A DNA stretch of 64,000 nt, from assembly GCF_009914755.1 (NCBI RefSeq), contig NC_060929.1. One strand, 5' to 3'. Within the stretch, counting starts at the first letter, position 1. Every line of letters starts with the position of its first letter. The position numbers and the translations under genes were made by a program. Positions 27,873 through 40,600 of the stretch are shown in pieces. Below the pieces are notes generated by a model that was given only the letters and a program-made list of their open reading frames with translations, did no database searches and was not told the origin of the DNA. This DNA is from the human T2T-CHM13v2.0 reference genome, Homo sapiens.

Positions 27873-29911
27873 GTTCCCTTAGACAGAGCAGATTTGAAAC
27901 ACTCTTTTTGTGCAATTGGCAAGTGGAGATTTCAAGCGCTTTAAGGTCAATGGCAGAAAAGGAAATATCTTCGTTTCAAAACTAGACAGAATCATTCCCA
28001 CAAACTGCGTTGTGATGTGTTCGTTCATCTCACAGAGTTTAACCTTTCTTTTCGTAGAGCAGTTAGGAAACAGTCTGTTTGTAAATTCTGTAAGTGGATA
28101 TTCTGACATCTTGTGGCCTTCGTTGGAAACGGGATTTCTTCATATTCTGCTAGACAGAAGAATTCTCAGAATCTTCCTTGTGTTGTGTGTATTCAACTCA
28201 CACAGTTGAACGATTGTTTACACAGAGCAGATTTGAAACACTCTTTTTGTGGAATTTGCAAGTGGAGATTTCAGCCGCTTTGAGGTCCATGGTAGAAAAG
28301 GAAATATCTTCGTATAAAAACTAGACAGAATGATTCTCAGAAACTTCTTTGTGATGTGTGCGTTCAACTCACAGAGTTTAACCTTTCTTTTCATAGAGCA
28401 GTTAGGAAACACTCTGTTTGTAAACTCTGCAAGTGGATATTCAGACCTCTTTGAGGCCTTCGTTGGAAACGGGATTTCTTCATACTGTGCTAGACAGAAG
28501 AATTCTCAGTAACTTCCTTGTGTTGTGTGTATTCAACTCACAGAGTTGAACGATCCTTTACACAGAGCAGACTTGAAACGCTCTTTTTGTGGAATTTGCA
28601 AGTGGAGATTTCAGCCGCGTTGAGGTCAATGGTAGAAAAGGAAATATCTTCGTATAAAAACTAGACAGAATGATTCTCAGAAACTCCTTTGTGATGTGTG
28701 CGTTCAACTCACAGAGTTTAACCTTTCTTTTCATAGAGCAGTTAGGAATCACTCTGTTTTTAAAGTCTGCAAGTGGATATTCAGACCTCTTTGAGGCCTT
28801 CGTTGGAAACGGGTTTTTTTCATATAAGGCTAGACAGAAGAATTCCCAGTAACTTCCTTGTGTTGTGTGTGTTCAACTCACAGAGTTGAACTTTCATTTA
28901 CACAGAGCAGATTTGAAACACTCTTTTTGTGGAATTTGCAAATGGAGATTTCAAGCGCTTTGAGGTCAAAGGCAGAAAAGAAAATATCTTCGTATAAAAA
29001 CTAGACAGAATCATTCTCAGAAACTGCTCTGCGATGTGTGCGTTCAACTCTCAGAGTTTAACTTTGCTTTTCATTCAGCAGTTTGGAAACACTCTGTTTG
29101 TAAAGTCTGCACGTGGATAATTTGACCACTTAGAGGCCTTCGTTGGAAACGGGTTTTTTTCATGTAAGGCTAGACAGAAGAATTCTCAGTAACTTCCTTG
29201 TGTTGTGTGTATTCAACTCACACAGTTGAACGATCCTTTACACAGAGCAGACTTGTAACACTCTTTTTGTGGAATTTGCAAGTGGAGATTTCAGCCGCTT
29301 TGAAGTCAAAGGTAGAAAAGGAAATATCTTCCTATAAAAACTAGACAGAATGATTCTCAGAAACTCCTTTGTGATGTGTGCGTTCAACTCACAGAGTTTA
29401 ACCTTTCTTTTCATAGAGCAGTTAGGAAACACTCTGTTTGTAAAGTCTCCAAGTGGATATTCAGACCTCTTTGAGGCCTTCGTTGGAAACGGGTTTTTTT
29501 CATGTAAGGCTAGACAGAAGAATTCCCAGTAACTTCCTTGTGTTGTGTGTGTTCTACTCACAGAGTTGAACTTTGATTTACACAGAGCAGATTTGAAACA
29601 CTCTTTTTGTGGAATTTGCAAGTGGAGATTTCAAGCGCTTTGAGGCCAAAGGCAGAAAAGGAAATATCTTCGTATAAAAACTAGACAGAATCATTCTCAG
29701 AAACTGCTCTGCGATGTGTGCGTTCAACTCTCAGAGTTTAACTTTTCTTTTCATTCAGCAGTTTGGAAACACTCTGTTTGTAAAGTCTGCACGTGGATAT
29801 TTTGACCACTTAGAGGCCTTCGTTGGAAACGGGTTTTTTTCCTGTAAGGCTAGACAGAAGAATTCCCAGTAACTTCCTTGTGTTGTGTACATTCAACTCA
29901 CAGAGTTGAAC
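27873..29911 (+). repeat. 12-monomer HOR, 2039 bp
   Basis: C landmarks at 27873 and 29912. Confidence 0.9.
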
Positions 29912-32900
29912 GTTCCCTTAGACAGAGCAGATTTGAAACACTCTTTTTGTGCAATTGGCAAGTGGAGATTTCAAGCGCTTTAAGGTCAATGGCAGAAAAG
30001 GAAATATCTTCGTTTCAAAACTAGACAGAATCATTCCCACAAACTGCGTTGTGATGTGTTCGTTCATCTCACAGAGTTTAACCTTTCTTTTCGTAGAGCA
30101 GTTAGGAAACAGTCTGTTTGTAAATTCTGTAAGTGGATATTCTGACATCTTGTGGCCTTCGTTGGAAACGGGATTTCTTCATATTCTGCTAGACAGAAGA
30201 ATTCTCAGAATCTTCCTTGTGTTGTGTGTATTCAACTCACACAGTTGAACGATTGTTTACACAGAGCAGATTTGAAACACTCTTTTTGTGGAATTTGCAA
30301 GTGGAGATTTCAGCCGCTTTGAGGTCAATGGTAGAAAAGGAAATATCTTCGTATAAAAACTAGACAGAATGATTCTCAGAAACTTCTTTGTGATGTGTGC
30401 GTTCAACTCACAGAGTTTAACCTTTCTTTTCATAGAGCAGTTAGGAAACACTCTGTTTGTAAAGTCTCCAAGTGGATATTCAGACCACTTTGAGGCCTTC
30501 GTTGGAAACGGGATTTCTTCATACTGTGCTAGACAGAAGAATTCTCAGTAACTTCCTTGTGTTGTGTGTATTCAACTCACAGAGTTGAACGATCCTTTAC
30601 ACAGAGCAGACTTGAAACGCTCTTTTTGTGGAATTTGCAAGTGGAGATTTCAGCCCCGTTGAGGTCAATCGTAGAAAAGGAAATATCTTCGTATAAAAAC
30701 TAGACAGAATGATTCTCAGAAACTCCTTTGTGATGTGTGTGTTCAACTCACAGAGTTTAACATTTCTTTTCATAGAGCAGTTAGGAAACACTCTGTTTGT
30801 AAAGTCTGCAAGTGGATATTCAGACCTCTTTGAGGCCTTCGTTGGAAACGGGTTTTTTTCATATAAGGCTAGACAGAAGAATTCCCAGTAACTTCCTTGT
30901 GTTGTGTGTGTTCAACTCACAGAGTTGAACTTTCATTTACACAGAGCAGATTTGAAACACTCTTTTTGTGGAATTTGCAAATGGAGATTTCAAGCGCTTT
31001 GAGGCCAAAGGCAGAAAAGGAAATATCTTCGTATAAAAACTAGACAGAATCATTCTCAGAAACTGCTCTGCGATGTGTGCGTTCAACTCTCAGAGTTTAA
31101 CTTTGCTTTTCATTCAGCAGTTTGGAAACACTCTGTTTGTAAAGTCTGCACGTGGATAATTTGACCACTTAGAGGCCTTCGTTGGAAACGGGTTTTTTTC
31201 ATGTAAGGCTAGACAGAAGAATTCTCAGTAACTTCCTTGTGTTGTGTGTATTCAACTCACACAGTTGAACGATCCTTTACACAGAGCAGACTTGTAACAC
31301 TCTTTTTGTGGAATTTGCAAGTGGAGATTTCAGCCGCTTTGAAGTCAAAGGTAGAAAAGGAAATATCTTCCTATAAAAACTAGACAGAATGATTCTCAGA
31401 AACTCCTTTGTGATGTGTGCGTTCAACTCACAGAGTTTAACCTTTCTTTTCATAGAGCAGTTAGGAAACACTCTGTTTGTAAAGTCTCCAAGTGGATATT
31501 CAGACCTCTTTGAGGCCTTCGTTGGAAACGGGTTTTTTTCATATAAGGCTAGACAGAAGAATTCCCAGTAACTTCCTTGTGTTGTGTGTGTTCAACTCAC
31601 AGAGTTGAACTTTGATTTACACAGAGCAGATTTGAAACACTCTTTTTGTGGAATTTGCAAGTGGAGATTTCAAGCGCTTTGAGGCCAAAGGCAGAAAAGG
31701 AAATATCTTCGTATAAAAACTAGACAGAATCATTCTCAGAAACTGCTCTGCGATGTGTGCGTTCAACTCTCAGAGTTTAACTTTTCTTCTCATTCAGCAG
31801 TTTGGAAACACTCTGTTTGTAAAGTCTGCACGTGGATAATTTGACCACTTAGAGGCCTTCGTTGGAAACGGGTTTTTTTCATGTAAGGCTAGACAGAAGA
31901 ATTCTCAGTATCTTCCTTGTGTTGTGTGTATTCAACTCACACAGTTGAACGATCCTTTACACAGAGCAGACTTGTAACACTCTTTTTGTGGAATTTGCAA
32001 GTGGAGATTTCAGCCGCTTTGAAGTCAAAGGTAGAAAAGGAAATATCTTCCTATAAAAACTAGACAGAATGATTCTCAGAAACTCCTTTGTGATGTGTGT
32101 GTTCAACTCACAGAGTTTAACCTTTCTTTTCATAGAGCAGTTAGGAATCACTCTGTTTGTAAAGTCTGCAAGTGGATATTCAGACCTCTTTGAGGCCTTC
32201 GTTGGAAACGGGTTTTTTTCATATAAGGCTAGATAGAAGAATTCCCAGTAACTTCCTTGTGTTGTGTGTGTTCAACTCACAGAGTTGAACTTTCATTTAC
32301 ACAGAGCAGATTTGAAACACTCTTTTTGTGGAATTTGCAAATGGAGATTTCAAGCGCTTTGAGGCCAAAGGCAGAAAAGGAAATATCTTTGTATAAAAAC
32401 TAGACAGAATCATTCTCAGAAACTGCTCTGCGATGTGTGCGTTCAACTCTCAGAGTTTAACTTTGCTTTTCATTCAGCAGTTTGGAAACACTCTGTTTGT
32501 AAAGTCTGCACGTGGATAATTTGACCACTTAGAGGCCTTCGTTGGAAACGGGTTTTTTTCATGTAAGGCTAGACAGAAGAATTCTCAGTAACTTCCTTGT
32601 GTTGTGTGTATTCAACTCACACAGTTGAACGATCCTTTACACAGAGCAGACTTGTAACACTCTTTTTGTGGAATTTGCAAGTGGAGATTTCAGCCGCTTT
32701 GAAGTCAAAGGTAGAAAAGGAAATATCTTCCTATAAAAACTAGACAGAATGATTCTCAGAAACTCCTTTGTGATGTGTGCGTTCAACTCACAGAGTTTAA
32801 CCTTTCTTTTCATAGAGCAGTTAGGAAACACTCTGTTTGTAAAGTCTCCAAGTGGATATTCAGACCTCTTTGAGGCCTTCGTTGGAAACGGGTTTTTTTC

Positions 32901-34670
32901 ATATAAGGCTAGACAGAAGAATTCCCAGTAACTTCCTTGTGTTGTGTGTGTTCAACTCACAGAGTTGAACTTTGATTTACACAGAGCAGATTTGAAACAC
33001 TCTTTTTGTGGAATTTGCAAGTGGAGATTTCAAGCGCTTTGAGGCCAAAGGCAGAAAAGGAAATATCTTCGTATAAAAACTAGACAGAATCATTCTCAGA
33101 AACTGCTCTGCGATGTGTGCGTTCAACTCTCAGAGTTTAACTTTTCTTCTCATTCAGCAGTTTGGAAACACTCTGTTTGTAAAGTCTGCACGTGGATAAT
33201 TTGACCACTTAGAGGCCTTCGTTGGAAACGGGTTTTTTTCATGTAAGGCTAGACAGAAGAATTCTCAGTAACTTCCTTGTGTTGTGTGTATTCAACTCAC
33301 AGAGTTGAACGATCCTTTACACAGAGCAGACTTGTAACACTCTTTTTGTGGAATTTGCAAGTGGAGATTTCAGCCGCTTTGAAGTCAAAGGTAGAAAAGG
33401 AAATATCTTCCTATAAAAACTAGACAGAATGATTCTCAGAAACTCCTTTGTGATGTGTGTGTTCAACTCACAGAGTTTAACCTTTCTTTTCATAGAGCCG
33501 TTAGGAATCACTCTGTTTGTAAAGTCTGCAAGTGGATATTCAGACCTCTTTGAGGCCTTCGTTGGAAACGGGTTTTTTTCATATAAGGCTAGACAGAAGA
33601 ATTCCCAGTAACTTCCTTGTGTTGTGTGTGTTCAACTCACAGAGTTGAACTTTCATTTACACAGAGCAGATTTGAAACACTCTTTTTGTGGAATTTGCAA
33701 ATGGAGATTTCAAGCGCTTTGAGGCCAAAGGCAGAAAAGGAAATATCTTTGTATAAAAACTAGACAGAATCATTCTCAGAAACTGCTCTGCGATGTGTGC
33801 GTTCAACTCTCAGAGTTTAACTTTGCTTTTCATTCAGCAGTTTGGAAACACTCTGTTTGTAAAGTCTGCACGTGGATAATTTGACCACTTAGAGGCCTTC
33901 GTTGGAAACGGGTTTTTTTCATGTAAGGCTAGACAGAAGAATTCTCAGTAACTTCCTTGTGTTGTGTGTATTCAACTCACACAGTTGAACGATCCTTTAC
34001 ACAGAGCAGACTTGTAACACTCTTTTTGTGGAATTTGAAAGTGGAGATTTCAGCCGCTTTGAAGTCAAAGGTAGAAAAGGAAATATCTTCCTATAAAAAC
34101 TAGACAGAATGATTCTCAGAAACTCCTTTGAGATGTGTGCGTTCAACTCACAGAGTTTAACCTTTCTTTTCATAGAGCAGTTAGGAAACACTCTGTTTGT
34201 AAAGTCTCCAAGTGGATATTCAGACCTCTTTGAGGCCTTCGTTGGAAACGGGTTTTTTTCATATAAGGCTAGACAGAAGAATTCCCAGTAACTTCCTTGT
34301 GTTGTGTGTGTTCAACTCACAGAGTTGAACTTTGATTTACACAGAGCAGATTTGAAACACTCTTTTTGTGGAATTTGCAAGTGGAGATTTCAAGCGCTTT
34401 GAGGCCAAATGCAGAAAAGGAAATATCTTCGTATAAAAACTAGACAGAATCATTCTCAGAAACTGCTCTGCGATGTGTGCGTTCAACTCTCAGAGTTTAA
34501 CTTTTCTTTTCATTCAGCAGTTTGGAAACACTCTGTTTGTAAAGTCTGCACGTGGATATTTTGACCACTTAGAGGCCTTCGTTGGAAACGGGTTTTTTTC
34601 CTGTAAGGCTAGACAGAAGAATTCCCAGTAACTTCCTTGTGTTGTGTACATTCAACTCACAGAGTTGAAC
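29912..34670 (+). repeat. 28-monomer chimeric HOR spanning the junction of the 25-kb duplication
   Basis: 4759 bp; the left part matches 55066-58050 and the right part matches 7237-9516. Confidence 0.85.
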
Positions 34671-37600
34671 GTTCCCTTAGACAGAGCAGATTTGAAACAC
34701 TCTTTTTGTGCAATTGGCAAGTGGAGATTTCAAGCGCTTTAAGGTCAATGGCAGAAAAGGAAATATCTTCGTTTCAAAACTAGACAGAATCATTCCCACA
34801 AACTGCGTTGTGATGTGTTCGTTCATCTCACAGAGTTTAACCTTTCTTTTCATAGAGCAGTTAGGAAACAGTCTGTTTGTACATTCTGTAAGTGGATATC
34901 CTGACATCTTGTGGCCTTCGTTGGAAACGGGATTTCTTCATATTCTGCTAGACAGAAGAATTCTCAGAATCTTCCTTGTGTTGTGTGTATTCAACTCACA
35001 CAGTTGAACGATTGTTTACACAGAGCAGATTTGAAACACTCTTTTTGTGGAATTTGCAAGTGGAGATTTCAGCCGCTTTGAGGTCAATGGTAGAAAAGGA
35101 AATATCTTCGTATAAAAACTAGACAGAATGATTCTCAGAAACTTCTTTGTGATGTGTGCGTTCAACTCACAGAGTTTAACCTTTCTTTTCATAGAGCAGT
35201 TATGAAACACTCTGTTTGTAAACTCTGCAAGTGGATATTCAGACCTCTTTGAGGCCTTCGTTGGAAACGGGATTTCTTCATACTGTGCTAGACAGAAGAA
35301 TTCTCAGTAACTTCCTTGTGTTGTGTGTATTCAACTCACAGAGTTGAACGATCCTTTACACAGAGCAGACTTGAAACACTCTTTTTGTGGAATTTGCAAG
35401 TGGAGATTTCAGCCGCGTTGAGGTCAATGGTAGAAAAGGAAATATCTTCGTATAAAAACTAGACAGAATGATTCTCAGAAACTCCTTTGTGATGTGTGTG
35501 TTCAACTCACAGAGTTTAACATTTCTTTTCATAGAGCAGTTAGGAAACACTCTGTTTGTAAAGTCTGCAAGTGGATATTCAGACCTCTTTGAGGCCTTCG
35601 TTGGAAACGGGTTTTTTTCATATAAGGCTAGACAGAAGAATTCCCAGTAACTTCCTTGTGTTGTGTGTGTTCAACTCACAGAGTTGAACTTTCATTTACA
35701 CAGAGCAGATTTGAAACACTCTTTTTGTGGAATTTGCAAATGGAGATTTCAAGCGCTTTGAGGCCAAAGGCAGAAAAGGAAATATCTTCGTATAAAAACT
35801 AGACAGAATCATTCTCAGAAACTGCTCTGCGATGTGTGCGTTCAACTCTCAGAGTTTAACTTTGCTTTTCATTCAGCAGTTTGGAAACACTCTGTTTGTA
35901 AAGTCTGCACGTGGATAATTTGACCACTTAGAGGCCTTCGTTGGAAACGGGTTTTTTTCATGTAAGGCTAGACAGAAGAATTCTCAGTAACTTCCTTGTG
36001 TTGTGTGTATTCAACTCACACAGTTGAACGATCCTTTACACAGAGCAGACTTGTAACACTCTTTTTGTGGAATTTGCAAGTGGAGATTTCAGCCGCTTTG
36101 AAGTCAAAGGTAGAAAAGGAAATATCTTCCTATAAAAACTAGACAGAATGATTCTCAGAAACTCCTTTGTGATGTGTGCTTTCAACTCACAGAGTTTAAC
36201 CTTTCTTTTCATAGAGCAGTTAGGAAACACTCTGTTTGTAAAGTCTGCAAGTGGATATTCAGACCTCTTTGAGGCCTTCGTTGGAAACGGGTTTTTTTCA
36301 TATAAGGCTAGACAGAAGAATTCCCAGTAACTTTCTTGTGTTGTGTGTGTTCAACTCACAGAGTTGAACTTTCATTTACACAGAGCAGATTTGAAACACT
36401 CTTTTTGTGGAATTTGCAAATGGAGATTTCAAGCGCTTTGAGGCCAAAGGCAGAAAAGGAAATATCTTCGTATAAAAACTAGACAGAATCATTCTCAGAA
36501 ACTGCTCTGCGATGTGTGCGTTCAACTCTCAGAGTTTAACTTTGCTTTTCATTCAGCAGTTTGGAAACACTCTGTTTGTAAAGTCTGCACGTGGATAATT
36601 TGACCACTTAGAGGCCTTCGTTGGAAACGGGTTTTTTTCATGTAAGGCTAGACAGAAGAATTCTCAGTAACTTCCTTGTGTTGTGTGTATTCAACTCACA
36701 CAGTTGAACGATCCTTTACACAGAGCAGACTTGTAACACTCTTTTTGTGGAATTTGCAAGTGGAGATTTCAGCCGCTTTGAAGTCAAAGGTAGAAAAGGA
36801 AATATCTTCCTATAAAAACTAGACAGAATGATTCTCAGAAACTCCTTTGTGATGTGTGCTTTCAACTCACAGAGTTTAACCTTTCTTTTCATAGAGCAGT
36901 TAGGAAACACTCTGTTTGTAAAGTCTCCAAGTGGATATTCAGACCTCTTTGAGGCCTTCGTTGGAAACGGGTTTTTTTCATATAAGGCTAGACAGAAGAA
37001 TTCCCAGTAACTTCCTTGTGTTGTGTGTGTTCAACTCACAGAGTTGAACTTTCATTTACACAGAGCAGATTTGAAACACTCTTTTTGTGGAATTTGCAAA
37101 TGGAGATTTCAAGCGCTTTGAGGCCAAAGGCAGGAAAGGAAATATCTTCGTATAAAAACTAGACAGAATCATTCTCAGAAACTGCTCTGCGATGTGTGCG
37201 TTCAACTCTCAGAGTTTAACTTTGCTTTTCATTCAGCAGTTTGGAAACACTCTGTTTGTAAAGTCTGCACGTGGATAATTTGACCACTTAGAGGCCTTCG
37301 TTGGAAACGGGTTTTTTTCATGTAAGGCTAGACAGAAGAATTCTCAGTAACTTCCTTGTGTTGTGTGTATTCAACTCACACAGTTGAACGATCCTTTACA
37401 CAGAGCAGACTTGTAACACTCTTTTTGTGGAATTTGCAAGTGGAGATTTCAGCCGCTTTGAAGTCAAAGGTAGAAAAGGAAATATCTTCCTATAAAAACT
37501 AGACAGAATGATTCTCAGAAACTCCTTTGTGATGTGTGCGTTCAACTCACAGAGTTTAACCTTTCTTTTCATAGAGCAGTTAGGAAACACTCTGTTTGTA

Positions 37601-40600
37601 AAGTCTCCAAGTGGATATTCAGACCTCTTTGAGGCCTTCGTTGGAAACGGGTTTTTTTCATATAAGGCTAGACAGAAGAATTCCCAGTAACTTCCTTGTG
37701 TTGTGTGTGTTCAACTCACAGAGTTGAACTTTGATTTACACAGAGCAGATTTGAAACACTCTTTTTGTGGAATTTGCAAGTGGAGATTTCAAGCGCTTTG
37801 AGGCCAAAGGCAGAAAAGGAAATATCTTCGTATAAAAACTAGACAGAATCATTCTCAGAAACTGCTCTGCGATGTGTGCGTTCAACTCTCAGAGTTTAAC
37901 TTTTCTTCTCATTCAGCAGTTTGGAAACACTCTGTTTGTAAAGTCTGCACGTGGATAATTTGACCACTTAGAGGCCTTCGTTGGAAACGGGTTTTTTTCA
38001 TGTAAGGCTAGACAGAAGAATTCTCAGTAACTTCCTTGTGTTGTGTGTATTCAACTCACAGAGTTGAACGATCCTTTACACAGAGCAGACTTGTAACACT
38101 CTTTTTGTGGAATTTGCAAGTGGAGATTTCAGCCGCTTTGAAGTCAAAGGTAGAAAAGGAAATATCTTCCTATAAAAACTAGACAGAATGATTCTCAGAA
38201 ACTCCTTTGTGATGTGTGTGTTCAACTCACAGAGTTTAACCTTTCTTTTCATAGAACAGTTAGGAATCACTCTGTTTGTAAAGTCTGCAAGTGGATATTC
38301 AGACCTCTTTGAGGCCTTCGTTGGAAACGGGTTTTTTTCATATAAGGCTAGACAGAAGAATTCCCAGTAACTTCCTTGTGTTGTGTGTGTTCAACTCACA
38401 GAGTTGAACTTTCATTTACACAGAGCAGATTTGAAACACTCTTTTTGTGGAATTTGCAAATGGAGATTTCAAGCGCTTTGAGGCCAAAGGCAGAAAAGGA
38501 AATATCTTTGTATAAAAACTAGACAGAATCATTCTCAGAAACTGCTCTGCGATGTGTGCGTTCAACTCTCAGAGTTTAACTTTGCTTTTCATTCAGCAGT
38601 TTTGAAACACTCTGTTTGTAAAGTCTGCACGTGGATAATTTGACCACTTAGAGGCCTTCGTTGGAAACGGGTTTTTTTCATGTAAGGCTAGACAGAAGAA
38701 TTCTCAGTAACTTCCTTGTGTTGTGTGTATTCAACTCACACAGTTGAACGATCCTTTACACAGAGCAGACTTGTAACACTCTTTTTGTGGAATTTGCAAG
38801 TGGAGATTTCAGCCGCTTTGAAGTCAAAGGTAGAAAAGGAAATATCTTCCTATAAAAACTAGACAGAATGATTCTCAGAAACTCCTTTGTGATGTGTGCG
38901 TTCAACTCACAGAGTTTAACCTTTCTTTTCATAGAGCAGTTAGGAAACACTCTGTTTGTAAAGTCTCCAAGTGGATATTCAGACCTCTTTGAGGCCTTCG
39001 TTGGAAACGGGTTTTTTTCATATAAGGCTAGACAGAAGAATTCCCAGTAACTTCCTTGTGTTGTGTGTGTTCAACTCACAGAGTTGAACTTTGATTTACA
39101 CAGAGCAGATTTGAAACACTCTTTTTGTGGAATTTGCAAGTGGAGATTTCAAGCGCTTTGAGGCCAAAGGCAGAAAAGGAAATATCTTCGTATAAAAACT
39201 AGACAGAATCATTCTCAGAAACTGCTCTGCGATGTGTGCGTTCAACTCTCAGAGTTTAACTTTTCTTTTCATTCAGCAGTTTGGAAACACTCTGTTTGTA
39301 AAGTCTGCACGTGGATATTTTGACCACTTAGAGGCCTTCGTTGGAAACGGGTTTTTTTCCTGTAAGGCTAGACAGAAGAATTCCCAGTAACTTCCTTGTG
39401 TTGTGTACATTCAACTCACAGAGTTGAACGTTCCCTTAGACAGAGCAGATTTGAAACACTCTTTTTGTGCAATTGGCAAGTGGAGATTTCAAGCGCTTTA
39501 AGGTCAATGGCAGAAAAGGAAATATCTTCGTTTCAAAACTAGACAGAATCATTCCCACAAACTGCGTTGTGATGTGTTCGTTCATCTCACAGAGTTTAAC
39601 CTTTCTTTTCGTAGAGCAGTTAGGAAACAGTCTGTTTGTAAATTCTGTAAGTGGATATTCTGACATCTTGTGGCCTTCGTTGGAAACGGGATTTCTTCAT
39701 ATTCTGCTAGACAGAAGAATTCTCAGAATCTTCCTTGTGTTGTGTGTATTCAACTCACACAGTTGAACGATTGTTTACACAGAGCAGATTTGAAACACTC
39801 TTTCTGTGGAATTTGCAAGTGGAGATTTCAGCCGCTTTGAGGTCAATGGTAGAAAAGGAAATATCTTCGTATAAAAAACTAGACAGAATGATTCTCAGAA
39901 ACTTCTTTGTGATGTGTGCGTTCAACTCACAGAGTTTAACCTTTCTTTTCATGGAGCAGTTAGGAAACACTCTGTTTGTAAACTCTGCAAGTGGATATTC
40001 AGACCTCTTTGAGGCCTTCGTTGGAAACGGGATTTCTTCATACTGTGCTAGACAGAAGAATTCTCAGTAACTTCCTTGTGTTGTGTGTATTCAACTCACA
40101 GAGTTGAACGATCCTTTACACAGAGCAGACTTGAAACACTCTTTTTGTGGAATTTGCAAGTGGAGATTTCAGCCGCGTTGAGGTCAATGGTAGAAAAGGA
40201 AATATCTTCGTATAAAAACTAGACAGAATGATTCTCAGAAACTCCTTTGTGATGTGTGTGTTCAACTCACAGAGTTTAACATTTCTTTTCATAGAGCAGT
40301 TAGGAAACACTCTGTTTGTAAAGTCTGCAAGTGGATATTCAGACCTCTTTGAGGCCTTCGTTGGAAACGGGTTTTTTTCATATAAGGCTAGAGAGAAGAA
40401 TTCCCAGTAACTTCCTTGTGTTGTGTGTGTTCAACTCACAGAGTTGAACTTTCATTTACACAGAGCAGATTTGAAACACTCTTTTTGTGGAATTTGCAAG
40501 TGGAGATTTCAAGCGCTTTCAGGCCAAAGGCAGAAAAGGAAATATCTTCGTATAAAAACTAGACAGAATCATTCTCAGAAACTGCTCTGCGATGTGTGCG

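Larger units (their letters stand above)
7237..32390 (+). repeat. 25,154-bp tandem duplication, copy 1
   Basis: Rare variants and ORF-track anomalies recur at exactly +25154. Confidence 0.92.

Noticed and set aside
29238-29621. Longest ORF (127 aa), repeated at 54392-54775
   Set aside because: It results from point variants that remove stop codons in the satellite; it is useful only as a marker of the 25-kb duplication.
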